Shown: positions 30,584 to 40,810, counted from the stretch's first letter. The stretch: DNA of 64,000 bases from Bdellovibrionota bacterium (GCA_041739995.1 JBGSMV010000029.1:96001-160000); one strand, 5' to 3'. Notes: generated from the letters alone by a model not told the origin. Translations and numbers: made by a program.

Positions 30584-30590
30584 GTTACTC

Positions 30591-30730
30591 CTGGTGTCCT
30601 AAGGCGGAATTTCATTTAAGAATCTTTCTCACTGCCCTCGCCGAACTCATTGTGAAATTCACTGAACATTCACAATTAGACCAGCGAGCGCATCGAGAAT
30701 TTCTCAACGCGCTCGTACTCGGGACACTAG
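30591..30730 (-). mobile_element. MITE family A, copy 4
   Basis: CTGGTGTCCTAAG...GAACTCATTGTG...ACTCGGGACACTAG. Confidence 0.8.
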
Positions 30731-30906
30731 CAAACAAAACGCAGTGTTCTGAGTTGTCGTGGTGAAACACGAGTCCAGAGATTATAGATCCCTTCTAGGG
30801 GCAATCTTAAGCCTGTGCGAACGCCCAACGAAGGCAAATATCACTTTGCGCAGTGTGCGTTTGCAATGATGTGGCTGAAATAACCAAAAATCAGTCGATC
30901 TGATGG

Positions 30907-31827
30907 TTATTCATAGACGTGGCGTTCGTTCTGAAATTGCTCAAGGGTATCAGCGGTAAGCTGCTCAAGCGTGGCATCCACGTCTGCTTCGTCGAAGCCT
31001 AGGTATAGCGCCGTGGCACGTGCCGCCTCCGCAGCGATCGGGTAGCCTTCAGGGTTGCCGATACCTGCATTGTGGGCAATTACGGAGGCGAGTTGAACGA
31101 CGGCAGTTTTTTCTTCCACTATCGTTTCCGCCTTTGCTCCCTCGATGGGATCTCTATAGTGGAGAATTACTTGGCACGTGTCGGGCGCAAAGTTCCACTT
31201 CTTGGCGACAAGAGCGCCAATGAGCGGATGCGCGAAGCCGAATGTCTTTTGTTCGGAAGTCGCAAAGTCCAGGCCTTCACCTTTAATGGTGCTTATCACT
31301 GTCTTGTAACCCTTTCTGGTTTCTGGTTGGAACAGCAATACTATCTGTCCAAGGTTATGCAGTAGTCCCAACAGAAAGATTTCTTCTATGTAAGGCTTCT
31401 TAAGCTTCTTTGCGATGGCGGTTGAACACATCGCGGTCGCCATCGAGGATTCCCAGATCTGGCGCTCCAGGGGGCCGAAGCTCTTGTTAAGCTGCCGAAG
31501 TGTGGCTGCGACGATGATACCTTTAAGCGCTTTGAAACCAATCACCATGATCGCCATATTCAGAGTAGAAATCTCACGCTGCCTAGAGAACATGGCGCTG
31601 TTTGCGATTTTGAGAACTCGAGCGGCAAGTGCCGCGTCGGTTGATAAAAGTTCGGTGAGATCAGAAGCGGTAGTGTCGGGGTTCTCGACAAGACTGATAG
31701 CGCGCGATGCCACTTGAGGCATAGGAGGAAGATCTCCGACCCAGGCAACAATCTCTCGCCAATCTTTGTCTGCACTTAACCGGCCTTCGAATTCTTTTGG
31801 AGCTGTTTCCATTGCGCTAATACTCAT
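30907..31827 (-). CDS. HDOD domain protein
   Basis: DLPPMPQVA, DAALAARVLKIANSA, GLLHNLG, FGFAHPLIGALVAKKWNF. Confidence 0.93.
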   Translation of the reverse strand: MSISAMETAPKEFEGRLSADKDWREIVAWVGDLPPMPQVASRAISLVENPDTTASDLTELLSTDAALAARVLKIANSAMFSRQREISTLNMAIMVIGFKALKGIIVAATLRQLNKSFGPLERQIWESSMATAMCSTAIAKKLKKPYIEEIFLLGLLHNLGQIVLLFQPETRKGYKTVISTIKGEGLDFATSEQKTFGFAHPLIGALVAKKWNFAPDTCQVILHYRDPIEGAKAETIVEEKTAVVQLASVIAHNAGIGNPEGYPIAAEAARATALYLGFDEADVDATLEQLTADTLEQFQNERHVYE

Positions 31828-31944
31828 CAATTAAAGCGAGCGTTCCACCAAGATAGCCGTCACCGCCAAGCTATCTCAAGAATATGGCATCACATTAGGA
31901 AACTTCTGTCATTAGGAGACTAGTGACCACGATGCCATTGCTTA

Positions 31945-31972
31945 TCATCGGTGCGCTCGGCGTCTAACATGA
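31945..31972 (-). promoter_or_regulatory. weak candidate sigma-28 promoter of the HDOD gene
   Basis: Minus strand TCATG-N15-ACCGATGA. Confidence 0.3.
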
Positions 31973-32213
31973 GCGCCTCTGATGTTCAGCTCACCTTTTG
32001 CAGCTGGGCTCTTTCATCGCTTTAATCGAGGGAATGTGCGCCTAAATTAGAACAGCAGTGGAAAGCCGGAATGTCGTGTTGCAGGCCCAGAAGAGCTCGA
32101 TATCGAGCCTTCTATGCGAGTCTTTGAAATTGCTTAAGGCAAGTGCATCTTCGCAGCTCTGCTATGCTATTGACATCATTGTAGTCTTCTCGTCACGATT
32201 CTTCTTAGGGTCG

Positions 32214-32241
32214 TTTAGTAATTTCCTGAGTGAGCCGATAG
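32214..32241 (+). promoter_or_regulatory. candidate sigma-28 (FliA) promoter of the STAS operon
   Basis: TTTAG-N15-GCCGATAG versus consensus TAAA-N15-GCCGATAA. Confidence 0.5.
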
Positions 32242-32333
32242 GAGGTATGAAGGTTCGAGGCGGGTAGCGAGGGGGACCTCTCTGCGCGTGCCATTTTGGC
32301 CTTCTACCGTACAGAACTGCCAAGGGGAGAAAT

Positions 32334-32642
32334 ATGGAATTCAACACAGAAATCATTGGAGACAAGGGCTATATCCGCGTTGAAGGCGACCTAGATTCTG
32401 AGCAATCTGGTGAAGCCTTACGTAAAGCTTTCAACGACCTGTTTGACAAGGGTCGCCGCACGGTAGTGCTTGATCTCACCTCAGTGCAAATCATCAACAG
32501 CTACGGCATTGGTAAAGTACTGATGTGCTACAAGCGTTTGAAGTCTGAAAACGGCGTCTTGATGGTCAAGCCGCTTGCCGGATTCGTGAAGGAGACTTTT
32601 GAGCTCCTGATGTTGGACAAATTGCTCCCCGTCGACAATTAG
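32334..32642 (+). CDS. STAS domain anti-sigma factor antagonist
   Basis: GDLD, VVLDLTSVQIINSYGIG (phospho-Ser position retained). Confidence 0.9.
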   Translation: MEFNTEIIGDKGYIRVEGDLDSEQSGEALRKAFNDLFDKGRRTVVLDLTSVQIINSYGIGKVLMCYKRLKSENGVLMVKPLAGFVKETFELLMLDKLLPVDN

Positions 32643-32678
32643 TCCAGAACGGAGACGCCTCCGAAAGGGGCATAGCCT

Positions 32679-33653
32679 GTGGACAAAGATGCAGACTGCA
32701 ATAAGAGCTCGAGTGAAGGCGAATCAAAAAACGCCGTTCCTCGGGTTCTATTTGCAGATCGAGACCTAAGCACCGTTGAATTAGTGACCTCCTGTTTCGC
32801 ACACAGAGGATGGTCGCTGGAAACCGTTGGGTTAGAGGCTTCCGCCGAAGGGAATCCGCTCGTTGAGCGAATGAAACGTGGTACCTTTGATGTGGTAGTG
32901 GCAGATCTCCTGATGCCAGGCCTCGATGGAATGTCGCTGCTCCGTCAAATTCGCACTCAACGACCGAGTCAGCCAATTATCGTGGTATCTGCCTGTCATT
33001 CGGTCGGAGATTTTCTATCGTTCATGCGCGAGGGCGTCAGTGACGTACTTCAGAAGCCCGTTGATGCAGATTCTTTGACTCGCGCGGTACGTCGAGCGGT
33101 ATTGAGTTCCAGAGATCGAGAGCGTGGAGACTCGGTGTATCGCTATGTCGCCCATGAGGAGACAGAACTTGTCTTTACCTCCAGGGAACTCGCAGATGTA
33201 CGAGTTTCTCTTGGAATTCTCGATCGCCTTGTCGCCGCAAGAATGATTGATATTGGAATGAAGTTGCGAATCGACTTGGCATTTCAAGAACTTGTCGCCA
33301 ATGCACTAGAACACGGCAATCTTGAGCTTGAGTCGAGTTGGAAAGAGGATCTCGATTCGCAAGGGCTCGATAGGTTTTCGCTCGTGAAAAGGGAGCGTTT
33401 GGCCGATGATAACTTTGGTGGTCGGATAGTGAAGGTTTCCGTCTCTTACGTATCGGGAATGTTAACGGTCGCGGTGCAGGACGAGGGCCTGGGTTTCATT
33501 CCCGACGTGCCAGAGGAGTGGAAGACAGAAAGCCTTGATCCGCATGGCAGAGGGTTGGCAATGATTTTCGCTGCTACCGATGAGGTTGAATTTTCAAAGG
33601 TTGCGTCTCCGGGGCACGGCACTCGAGTCCGGTTTCGGAAGCGCTTGGTGTGA
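32679..33653 (+). CDS. response regulator with RsbW/SpoIIAB-like HATPase output
   Basis: REC ADLLMPGLDG; ELVANALEHGN, DEGLGF, GRGL. Confidence 0.88.
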   Translation: MDKDADCNKSSSEGESKNAVPRVLFADRDLSTVELVTSCFAHRGWSLETVGLEASAEGNPLVERMKRGTFDVVVADLLMPGLDGMSLLRQIRTQRPSQPIIVVSACHSVGDFLSFMREGVSDVLQKPVDADSLTRAVRRAVLSSRDRERGDSVYRYVAHEETELVFTSRELADVRVSLGILDRLVAARMIDIGMKLRIDLAFQELVANALEHGNLELESSWKEDLDSQGLDRFSLVKRERLADDNFGGRIVKVSVSYVSGMLTVAVQDEGLGFIPDVPEEWKTESLDPHGRGLAMIFAATDEVEFSKVASPGHGTRVRFRKRLV

Positions 33654-33708
33654 TTCTCTCTCCCGCATGGAGGAGGAAATCTCAGGTTTGCTCGTATAAG
33701 GTTCTTTC

Positions 33709-34044
33709 ATGGCGCTCAAGTTTCGGCTCAAAGGCTTAGCAGAAACCTTTATCGACGAGATCCACTGTCCCTGCTGTGGGAGCTCGGGCAAAGACGATCA
33801 GTATTTTTCGACCGAGCTTACAAAGGTAACCTTTGAGGGCATTGTGGTTGTGGTGCAATGTCGTAGCTGCGCAGAGATTTTTGTGCCCACGCAACAGCGA
33901 CTTGGGATTCTTGACCCCGTGGCACTCAGACACGCTGTTGAGAAAGATATTCGAGAGACTGGAGAACCGGCACTACCGACTGTCGTAGCCGTACGCCTCA
34001 GCGCAGAGCGCATGAACGCAGAGCGAAAAAATCCCCTACATTAG
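33709..34044 (+). CDS. small zinc-ribbon hypothetical protein
   Basis: CPCC...CRSC motif pair. Confidence 0.75.
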   Translation: MALKFRLKGLAETFIDEIHCPCCGSSGKDDQYFSTELTKVTFEGIVVVVQCRSCAEIFVPTQQRLGILDPVALRHAVEKDIRETGEPALPTVVAVRLSAERMNAERKNPLH

Positions 34045-34045
34045 A

Positions 34046-34077
34046 AATGGAACTTGATTGAATGGAACTTGATTGAA
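34046..34077. repeat. 15-bp tandem duplication between convergent genes
   Basis: aatggaacttgattg x2. Confidence 0.9.
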
Positions 34078-34091
34078 GGGCGGTCTTGCCC

Positions 34092-34334
34092 CTAAGCGAG
34101 GACTTGCGCCAATGAGATGCCGTGCTTCTTAAGCGTGGCTTTGAGTCCAAGCTTATCAATCGTGCGAATCAACCGAGTAGATACTTTAATGCGCACGAAG
34201 CGTTGCTCGTCTGAGAGGTAGATACGCTTGGTCTGTACGTTTGGGAGAAAGGTGTGCTTGGTCTTGTTATTGGCATGACTGACACGCTGACCGAACTGGC
34301 CTCTGACTCCTGAGATGCTGCACTTACGGGCCAT
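34092..34334 (-). CDS. rpmB: 50S ribosomal protein L28
   Basis: MARKCSISG...VSHANNKTKHTFLPNVQ...IDKLG; AAGGAG RBS. Confidence 0.96.
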   Translation of the reverse strand: MARKCSISGVRGQFGQRVSHANNKTKHTFLPNVQTKRIYLSDEQRFVRIKVSTRLIRTIDKLGLKATLKKHGISLAQVLA

Positions 34335-34679
34335 AAAACACTCCTTTACTTCAGTCGTCTCCATGTCGCGCAAAATTGGCGACGGAGCAACTTATGCTTC
34401 GTATTCAGTAGGTTGCAAAGAGTGCCCAAAGATTAGACAAAATGCAACTTTTTGGAGCCGCAAGGAGCCCGGAGAATAGGACTGGCCAATTCCCCTCCGT
34501 GTCCCCCGCGACCTCCGTGCTAAAACTTGCTGCGCTGACTCTCATCTCTTGGATATCCGGAGTTGTTCACCAGAATCGCAAGCGTTAGGCGCTTTAACTG
34601 GTTGAATTCACTGCAGATGGAATGGCCGGGGAGGCACTCTGAAAATGCGGTGGCGCAGGACAGAGCCAAAGGGCGAAGA

Positions 34680-35813
34680 TTAGAAGAGCTCCACCGAGCG
34701 AATTCGTACCGTGGCTCCTGGGCCGACCCGGTCACGCTCGACATAGGCGCGTAAAAAATACACCGAAGTCTGGTAATCCACTTTGGCAATGACCTGGAAA
34801 ACCCGTTGGGCTTCACCAACCGTGAGGTAGTTGAAGAAGTCATTCTGGGAGCCAATCAGTGGCGTCAGGTCCTGGATAATCTGCTTTACGGGGCCGGTAT
34901 TGGGGTTTTCTCGAAACTCTATAATAGATTCAATATCACTGCTGGTGACGTTCGAATCGATCGCCTCAAGCAATTCCTGTGGTGCGAGGTTTACGTTGAT
35001 CTTGGCGTCATCGCGATTGGTGGTCAGGAACGGCAGCATTTTCTGTACACGAAGCGGAGTGAACCCCGGAATCGCACTAAGTTCCTCCAGGCGAAAGATT
35101 TTTCGATTGGGAAACTCGTCTCCGTTTTGCAGCTGGGACTCCACTCCTTGAAAGGGACCGTCGTCGTAGGAAGTGGTGTCTGCATCCATGTAGTCAATGA
35201 GGTTCGCCACCATCTGCGCCGCATCAAACTCCTTTTGTGAGACGCGTCCGGTTTGGTCAAGCTCACCGTCGTTATCAAAATCAAGCACGGGATTTTGGAA
35301 TAATCGAAGCAGAATTTCTGCATCACGTTTGGCTAGTGAGGAGACCGGATCGAGTTGTTGCAGGCGAAGTTTTGAGTCCTCGGGCCTAATTTCAAGCGAC
35401 ATGCTGAGGTTTGGCTCTGTGATACCTAAGAACTCAAGAGGCACAGAAATTCCGTCTTTGAAGTAGGCCCAGGCGTCCTCTGGAAAAGCTCTATCCTCTG
35501 CGGTGGCATCGGCCTTCAATAGAATTTGAGCCAAACTCAGAGCTGATTTCAGTAGATACTCCGCTTGCAGGCTGCGCTGGGCGCCTGCATTTAAGCGTCC
35601 GCCAATGTAAGAAGAGTAGGCAAGCTCAACCACCATGATGGTAGCGAGTGCGACGATGAACATGACGAGGATAAGGGCAACTCCGCGCTCGGGAGAACGT
35701 GGATGGCTTGCCGTCCCCGAAATGGCAGGCCTCGCACGCATGGCCCGTAAAGTAGAGGCATCACTGGAACAAGAGGTGCTAGGGCTTGTGAATTTGGTAG
35801 GGGCGGGGGACAT
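34680..35813 (-). CDS. gspK: type II secretion minor pseudopilin GspK
   Basis: ERGVALILVM prepilin site, NLIDYMDAD, EELSAIPG, KINVNLAP. Confidence 0.9.
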   Translation of the reverse strand: MSPAPTKFTSPSTSCSSDASTLRAMRARPAISGTASHPRSPERGVALILVMFIVALATIMVVELAYSSYIGGRLNAGAQRSLQAEYLLKSALSLAQILLKADATAEDRAFPEDAWAYFKDGISVPLEFLGITEPNLSMSLEIRPEDSKLRLQQLDPVSSLAKRDAEILLRLFQNPVLDFDNDGELDQTGRVSQKEFDAAQMVANLIDYMDADTTSYDDGPFQGVESQLQNGDEFPNRKIFRLEELSAIPGFTPLRVQKMLPFLTTNRDDAKINVNLAPQELLEAIDSNVTSSDIESIIEFRENPNTGPVKQIIQDLTPLIGSQNDFFNYLTVGEAQRVFQVIAKVDYQTSVYFLRAYVERDRVGPGATVRIRSVELF

Positions 35814-35970
35814 AATTGGAATTCTATCTCCTTTGAGCCCAGAGCACAGTAGGCCTTGGGGGATAACTCACCTGAGCCGGAGGTGGACCTGAGGCGCATA
35901 TATGCAGTCCCGAGATCTCCTGTGAAAAGGGGATAATCGGGCGCGCAACCATTGAGGCATGGTTTTGAGG

Positions 35971-36945
35971 CTAGGGAGCGCTGGCCCCCAGGTTCTTAAG
36001 AAAACCACCCAAAGAGAACGCTGGCTTAGGCTTGAGGGCACTCGCAAACCTAGCGCTGCGTTTCGCTACCGCTTCCTCAGAGACGGACTGCCGAGGCAGC
36101 TTAAGGGAGGCTTTGCGATCCATCGGAGCAGGGTGAGTATCCATCCATCCGCCACGCTTCGAAGAATTCACCTTAGCTAATTGGTCAAGCATTGCGGTAA
36201 GTCCTTTTACCGAATACCCGGTCTTTGCCATCAACTGAGCGGCAAACGCATCGGCTTCGTACTCTTGGGTACGACTGTAACCCGTTTTCATCAAGGTGTC
36301 GGCAACCTGATTCACCGAATCGCCAAAGTAATCGGTCACGGTGTTCAGCTCCTGGGGGCCGTAGGAAGTGGCCGCCTCCTTGCCGATCAGAAGCAATGCC
36401 TCGTCCATGCGGGCGTTTGAAATTGCCTTCACTCCATGGCCAAGCACGATATGTCCAATCTCGTGCGCCAAGACTCCAGCGAGCGCTTCTTCGTTCGAAA
36501 TAATCTCAAGGAAGCCTTGGGAGACAAAAACAAATCCTCCCGGGCCAGAGAGTGCGTTTATTTGTTCGGTCTCGAGGATGCCGAAATGATAGCCCCCAAA
36601 TATTTCAGGGCGACTTGAGTGTGCAGCTAGAGCTGCGCCGACCTGGCTCACATATTTGGTGAGTCCCGGGTTTTTCTGAGATAGGGGATACGACTGAAGA
36701 ACCATCGCAGAAACACCGCGGCCAAGATAATATTCCTGCTCGTCATTTAGTGACTTGTTGGCCTGTTGCAGCTTTCCGCCTGCTTCAAGCAAGGTGTCGA
36801 CTTGGCTGCTACTCACCACACCGGTGGCATCAACTAGGCCACGACCTATGTCGGGGAGGTCCAAGCTCGGCCATCCAAGCAAGCATGCAAGCACTGCCAC
36901 AACCCCGAAGGTATACCACCGCTCTCGTTTCACACTTAACCGCAT
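35971..36945 (-). CDS. M48 family metallopeptidase
   Basis: INALSGPGG, LAHEIGH, YSRTQEYEAD, THP. Confidence 0.92.
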   Translation of the reverse strand: MRLSVKRERWYTFGVVAVLACLLGWPSLDLPDIGRGLVDATGVVSSSQVDTLLEAGGKLQQANKSLNDEQEYYLGRGVSAMVLQSYPLSQKNPGLTKYVSQVGAALAAHSSRPEIFGGYHFGILETEQINALSGPGGFVFVSQGFLEIISNEEALAGVLAHEIGHIVLGHGVKAISNARMDEALLLIGKEAATSYGPQELNTVTDYFGDSVNQVADTLMKTGYSRTQEYEADAFAAQLMAKTGYSVKGLTAMLDQLAKVNSSKRGGWMDTHPAPMDRKASLKLPRQSVSEEAVAKRSARFASALKPKPAFSLGGFLKNLGASAP

Positions 36946-36961
36946 CGCACGCCCTCCAAGC

Positions 36962-37489
36962 TCAATGATCAACGAGATCTCCTTCGCGGATAAATACTAC
37001 CTCTTCTGCCGGATCAATCTTTGCCTTCTCAAGTTCATCGACTGCAGCGAAGTCGAGCCCTTTCGAGGAGCCATAGTTATTCTCTACTTGCTTGTTAAAT
37101 CCTTTGCCCGCCAAAACGATATCGTTCGAAGCGCTTTGGACGGAATTTCTTTTGGCTGAAGGATTGATTACGATCTTTCTGCTGGTAACTGCTGAAACAT
37201 GAACAAAGCCCTGTGTCTCTCCAACCTTCGCCTGAAGCCAGGACTTGTTTGATGGCGCGGCGCTGAGAGCCGTCAGTGCGGTTCCATAGGGAAGCTCCTG
37301 CACCGTTGGTGCCCAGAATTGTGGTTGTGCTCGAAGCTTGGATTCCCGCACTTGAACGTAAAGTGTCTTTTCCTTGGGAGCGGCGTCAGCCACAGCGGGA
37401 ATAGAAAGGAAGAAGGGCAGTGCAAAAGCAAGGGCACTGCGCATCGATACCTTAAACGTTGATATCTGAGTCACTGATTCCTGAGTCAT
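36962..37489 (-). CDS. secreted SH3-domain protein
   Basis: Signal peptide; KLRAQP...SWLQAKV...GFVH; LAGKGFN motif; upstream of the M48 gene. Confidence 0.8.
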   Translation of the reverse strand: MTQESVTQISTFKVSMRSALAFALPFFLSIPAVADAAPKEKTLYVQVRESKLRAQPQFWAPTVQELPYGTALTALSAAPSNKSWLQAKVGETQGFVHVSAVTSRKIVINPSAKRNSVQSASNDIVLAGKGFNKQVENNYGSSKGLDFAAVDELEKAKIDPAEEVVFIREGDLVDH

Positions 37490-37785
37490 TCCTACCTCAA
37501 TCAGAACGTTACTTCGAAAAGGAGAAAAGGCTACCATGTGAGGAGTACAGGGGTATTCCCTATATTTCAACTCATTTTGAACCTTGGGCGCCTTGAGATC
37601 TAGGGCGCAATTGGGAGGCCCAATTAGATCAAAGATCTGTGGGGCTACTGGGACTGCAAAGCATGGTCGGTGTGACACTCAAGAGACCTCTGAGGTCTTT
37701 CTCTACCTGGCTCGCCGGACAAGTTGCGGCGACACTTCCCTGCTGTATCAATTATAGAAAATGCGATTCGGAAAGTGCTGAAGAA

Positions 37786-37838
37786 CGCGAAAGAGCGAGA
37801 GATATGCGGCATGCCATGCCTCTCGCTACTTTTTCGCG
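37786..37838. other. long imperfect stem-loop between co-oriented genes
   Basis: cgcgaaag-agcgagag...ctctcgct-ac-tttttcgcg. Confidence 0.5.
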
Positions 37839-37859
37839 ACGCGGGTTTCAGTCCTGGTG

Positions 37860-38201
37860 CTAGCAAAAATGCTTCGGCTCGTCTTGCTTGCTCTCGTCAG
37901 AGTTTAGCGAAAGCGAAGACAAGATCGCGCGCGCATCGTCTCTGATAAGTGCTGACAGGCCGTTAATGATGCTCACGTGGCGAGAGACCTCGTCCCAGTT
38001 GCCGCGCTCAATGTGTTCGCAGAGTGCTTTCGCAAAGGAGCGCTGTTTGGTCAATATGGAGTCGTACGAACCCAAGCGTTCAAACACCTCGTCTGGTACG
38101 TTCTCCTTTTGCTCAAGAGTCTTTTTAGCTCCGGCAATAGCGGTTTCAAGCTCAGAGAAGGAAGAAAAAAGTCGATCAATAATATCCATAGACACCTGCA
38201 C
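37860..38201 (-). CDS. small helical hypothetical protein
   Basis: 113-aa amphipathic ORF. Confidence 0.7.
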   Translation of the reverse strand: MQVSMDIIDRLFSSFSELETAIAGAKKTLEQKENVPDEVFERLGSYDSILTKQRSFAKALCEHIERGNWDEVSRHVSIINGLSALIRDDARAILSSLSLNSDESKQDEPKHFC

Positions 38202-38275
38202 CCCACCTTAGCGTGTACGCTCGACCTCATGTCAAGCACCAGTTTTGCAACGAGTATCTCGTTACATGTTGCTAC

Positions 38276-38303
38276 ACCCGAATTGGAAAAAACCAATTCG
38301 GGT
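38276..38303. other. perfect 11-bp inverted repeat
   Basis: ACCCGAATTGG-AAAAAA-CCAATTCGGGT. Confidence 0.8.
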
Positions 38304-38894
38304 TTACCTCAAGCGATCCCTCGCATATTCCTGAGAGGCCGAAACTTCCGGCGACTTAGACAGAGGAGCGACTTCCATGTACACGCACTTCTCGCATCTC
38401 ACGCTCATGGAACTACCGCTCAATGAGTGAATCGAAAGCGAGATTTGTGCAGCCCTCGTATGATTGTGTCTGAGCGAAAGTCTTGACCCGATTCCGAGGA
38501 ATGCACAAGCACCTATCCCCGAAAGCGACGAGAGCCCTCTAGAGAACATTACCGCCACAAGCTAAATCTGATCATGACCTTCGTCAGGCTCTATGCCCTA
38601 TAAAGCAAGTCTCTTGCCATCCATAACTGCTTAAAATGACAGGCGCTCTACGATTGAGGCTGTATTGAGAAGCGACGGTCGTTGAGTGATTTTTGGTCAT
38701 TCGTAGTTTTCTGTTAAACGGAATAGGGCGAGCCGAAGCGTGTGTTGCTGCGTAGAACAGGGGCACATTAAGACATCTACGGAGCTGCTTTTTTGAAAGT
38801 TGGTTTGTGGTTTCTTCGGGCTAAAAGGAAGGGCGAAAGACGCGGTATCTAACTTCTGCTTGCTGTAAATCGTATCGCCTGCCACCTTTGCCCT

Positions 38895-40103
38895 GTGTCG
38901 CGCACCCACCTCTTTATCTTTACCGCCCTTAATCTTTTCAATTACCTTGATCGCTATTTGGTGCAGGCGCTTCTGCCGCTGATCGCGGTGCACTATTCTC
39001 TCAATTACGAACAATCAGGACTTCTGGCCTCAGCGTTTGTCTTTGGGTACTTTCTTACCTCTCCGATCTTTGGAGTCTTAGGTGACCGCTGGAATCGGCC
39101 CCGACTCATGGCAGTGGGCATTCTGCTGTGGAGTGCGGCGACCATTGGCGGTGGGCTGGCGCAGATCTACAGTGTATTTTTCGCCCTACGTCTCTTTGTG
39201 GGGGTGGGAGAGGCGAGTTTTGGGACCATTCTTCCTGGCTATATCAAAGATCGCCTAAACGATCCTTTGGCGGTCAATCGCTCCTTTGCAATTCTATACG
39301 CAGCAATCCCCGTAGGATCAGCGCTCGCCTATGTGTTGGGTGGAACGATCGCCGCCCGTTTTGACTGGCAGTACGCCTTCTTTATCGGAGGAGCGCCCGG
39401 CATTCTGTTGGCGGTGTGGGTGTGGTTTCAGCCTGAGCTGAGGGCTGCGCTTACAAACCAGACCTCAGACCCAGCCCCGTCCTCTGGTTGGGCGGTGGTG
39501 TCAGATCTCAAGGCGCTTGCGCGCGTCAGAGTACTTTGGTTCGCCATTGCGGGCTACGCACTGAACTCCTTCGCGTTAAATGCCATCGCAACCTTCGTGG
39601 CTCACTACGGCGTCCAAATCGGATTCACGCATGAATCGATTACTCAGTACTTTGGTATAATTCTAGTCCTGACAGGATTTGTCGGCACGTTGCTGGGAGG
39701 ACGTCTTTCTGATCGGCTTGCCATAAGGTCGGCGCAGCCACTAAGAGTGATGCTTAATTTTGTTGGTATGACTGCACTGCTTGCCGTTCCGTTTTGTGGA
39801 GCGGCCTTTCTGGTAGAAAACGGTGTGGTCTTCTTGGCTCTATGTGGAGTGGCGCAGCTACTTATTTTCTCCGGTGTTGCTCCTATCAATGCGGTGCTTG
39901 TTTTGGCCGCACCAGCGCGCTTAGTAACGCTTACCCAAGGGGTTTCGATATTTGCTCTGAACGCTTTTGGTGCTTTGCTGGCTCCGTGGCTTGTCGGAGT
40001 GGTTGCTGACTCGATCTCTTTGGCCACGGCCCTGCAGCTTTCAACGCTGAGCCTTTTGTTGTGTGGATTGGTTTGGATGAGCGGGGCAAAGACTGTAGCC
40101 TAG
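38895..40103 (+). CDS. MFS transporter, Spinster-like
   Basis: NYLDRY, LGDRWNR, VGVGEASF; about 12 TM segments. Confidence 0.92.
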   Translation: MSRTHLFIFTALNLFNYLDRYLVQALLPLIAVHYSLNYEQSGLLASAFVFGYFLTSPIFGVLGDRWNRPRLMAVGILLWSAATIGGGLAQIYSVFFALRLFVGVGEASFGTILPGYIKDRLNDPLAVNRSFAILYAAIPVGSALAYVLGGTIAARFDWQYAFFIGGAPGILLAVWVWFQPELRAALTNQTSDPAPSSGWAVVSDLKALARVRVLWFAIAGYALNSFALNAIATFVAHYGVQIGFTHESITQYFGIILVLTGFVGTLLGGRLSDRLAIRSAQPLRVMLNFVGMTALLAVPFCGAAFLVENGVVFLALCGVAQLLIFSGVAPINAVLVLAAPARLVTLTQGVSIFALNAFGALLAPWLVGVVADSISLATALQLSTLSLLLCGLVWMSGAKTVA

Positions 40104-40372
40104 CGTCGTTAAGAAGCCTGTCCAAAATGGGCCCCGCACCGATCCTGCTGCTTGAGCATTTCCACGCGAAGGAGCGCCGAAATATGGGACAAGTGTGATT
40201 GATCCTTCAGAGTGAGTGTTCGGCTCTCTGCGGATGCGAACTGTTTGAAACGATTGTCCGAAGGACCTGAGGGAACTTTGAAGGCGAGGAGTTAGAACTC
40301 CAAAGGTTTGATCCCCCGCTATTTTTTGGTTAAGTTGCAAATTGGCTTCACATAACTATTTAATTCATTGCA

Positions 40373-40711
40373 ATGAAATCTGCACTGCTCTGGGTCTTAG
40401 GAATCCTCATCTTCATTGGAATAGTGAAGTATGTAGGGTTTTCCCATGGTAACTCATGTAATGAGACTGCCACTCGGGTAAAGAGCAAGATCCTTTCAAA
40501 TTCCTCGTGTTCAGTTGACTCTGACTGCACAATGCTACGACTCGCATGTCCATTCGATTGCGGTGTGCCAGTGAATTACGCGGCAGCTAAGGAAATACTA
40601 GATTCAGTTAACGACTATAATCGCAGCTGTATGATGGTCTGCCCGGATTGCCCAAAGGAATTCAATTCGCTCTCCGCGAAATGCATAGCGGGTGTGTGCT
40701 CGGTCCCGTGA
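40373..40711 (+). CDS. small membrane-anchored/secreted Cys-rich protein
   Basis: N-terminal hydrophobic helix, 10 Cys (CSVDSDC...CPFDC...CIAGVC); lower GC than flanks. Confidence 0.75.
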   Translation: MKSALLWVLGILIFIGIVKYVGFSHGNSCNETATRVKSKILSNSSCSVDSDCTMLRLACPFDCGVPVNYAAAKEILDSVNDYNRSCMMVCPDCPKEFNSLSAKCIAGVCSVP

Positions 40712-40810
40712 TCGTGCCGCTAGTGAACCCTGAAGAGGTACCGGCAAAGGCGCGTCAGTTTATTCGGGCGATCACTGCTCTGGCGCCCTCTGTCCCAATA
40801 TTGCCACCGT

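Noticed and set aside
30743..30755. Extra MITE A end (AGTGTTCTGAGTT) next to copy 4
   Set aside because: Only 13 bp with no matching body or partner end; possible remnant but unsupported
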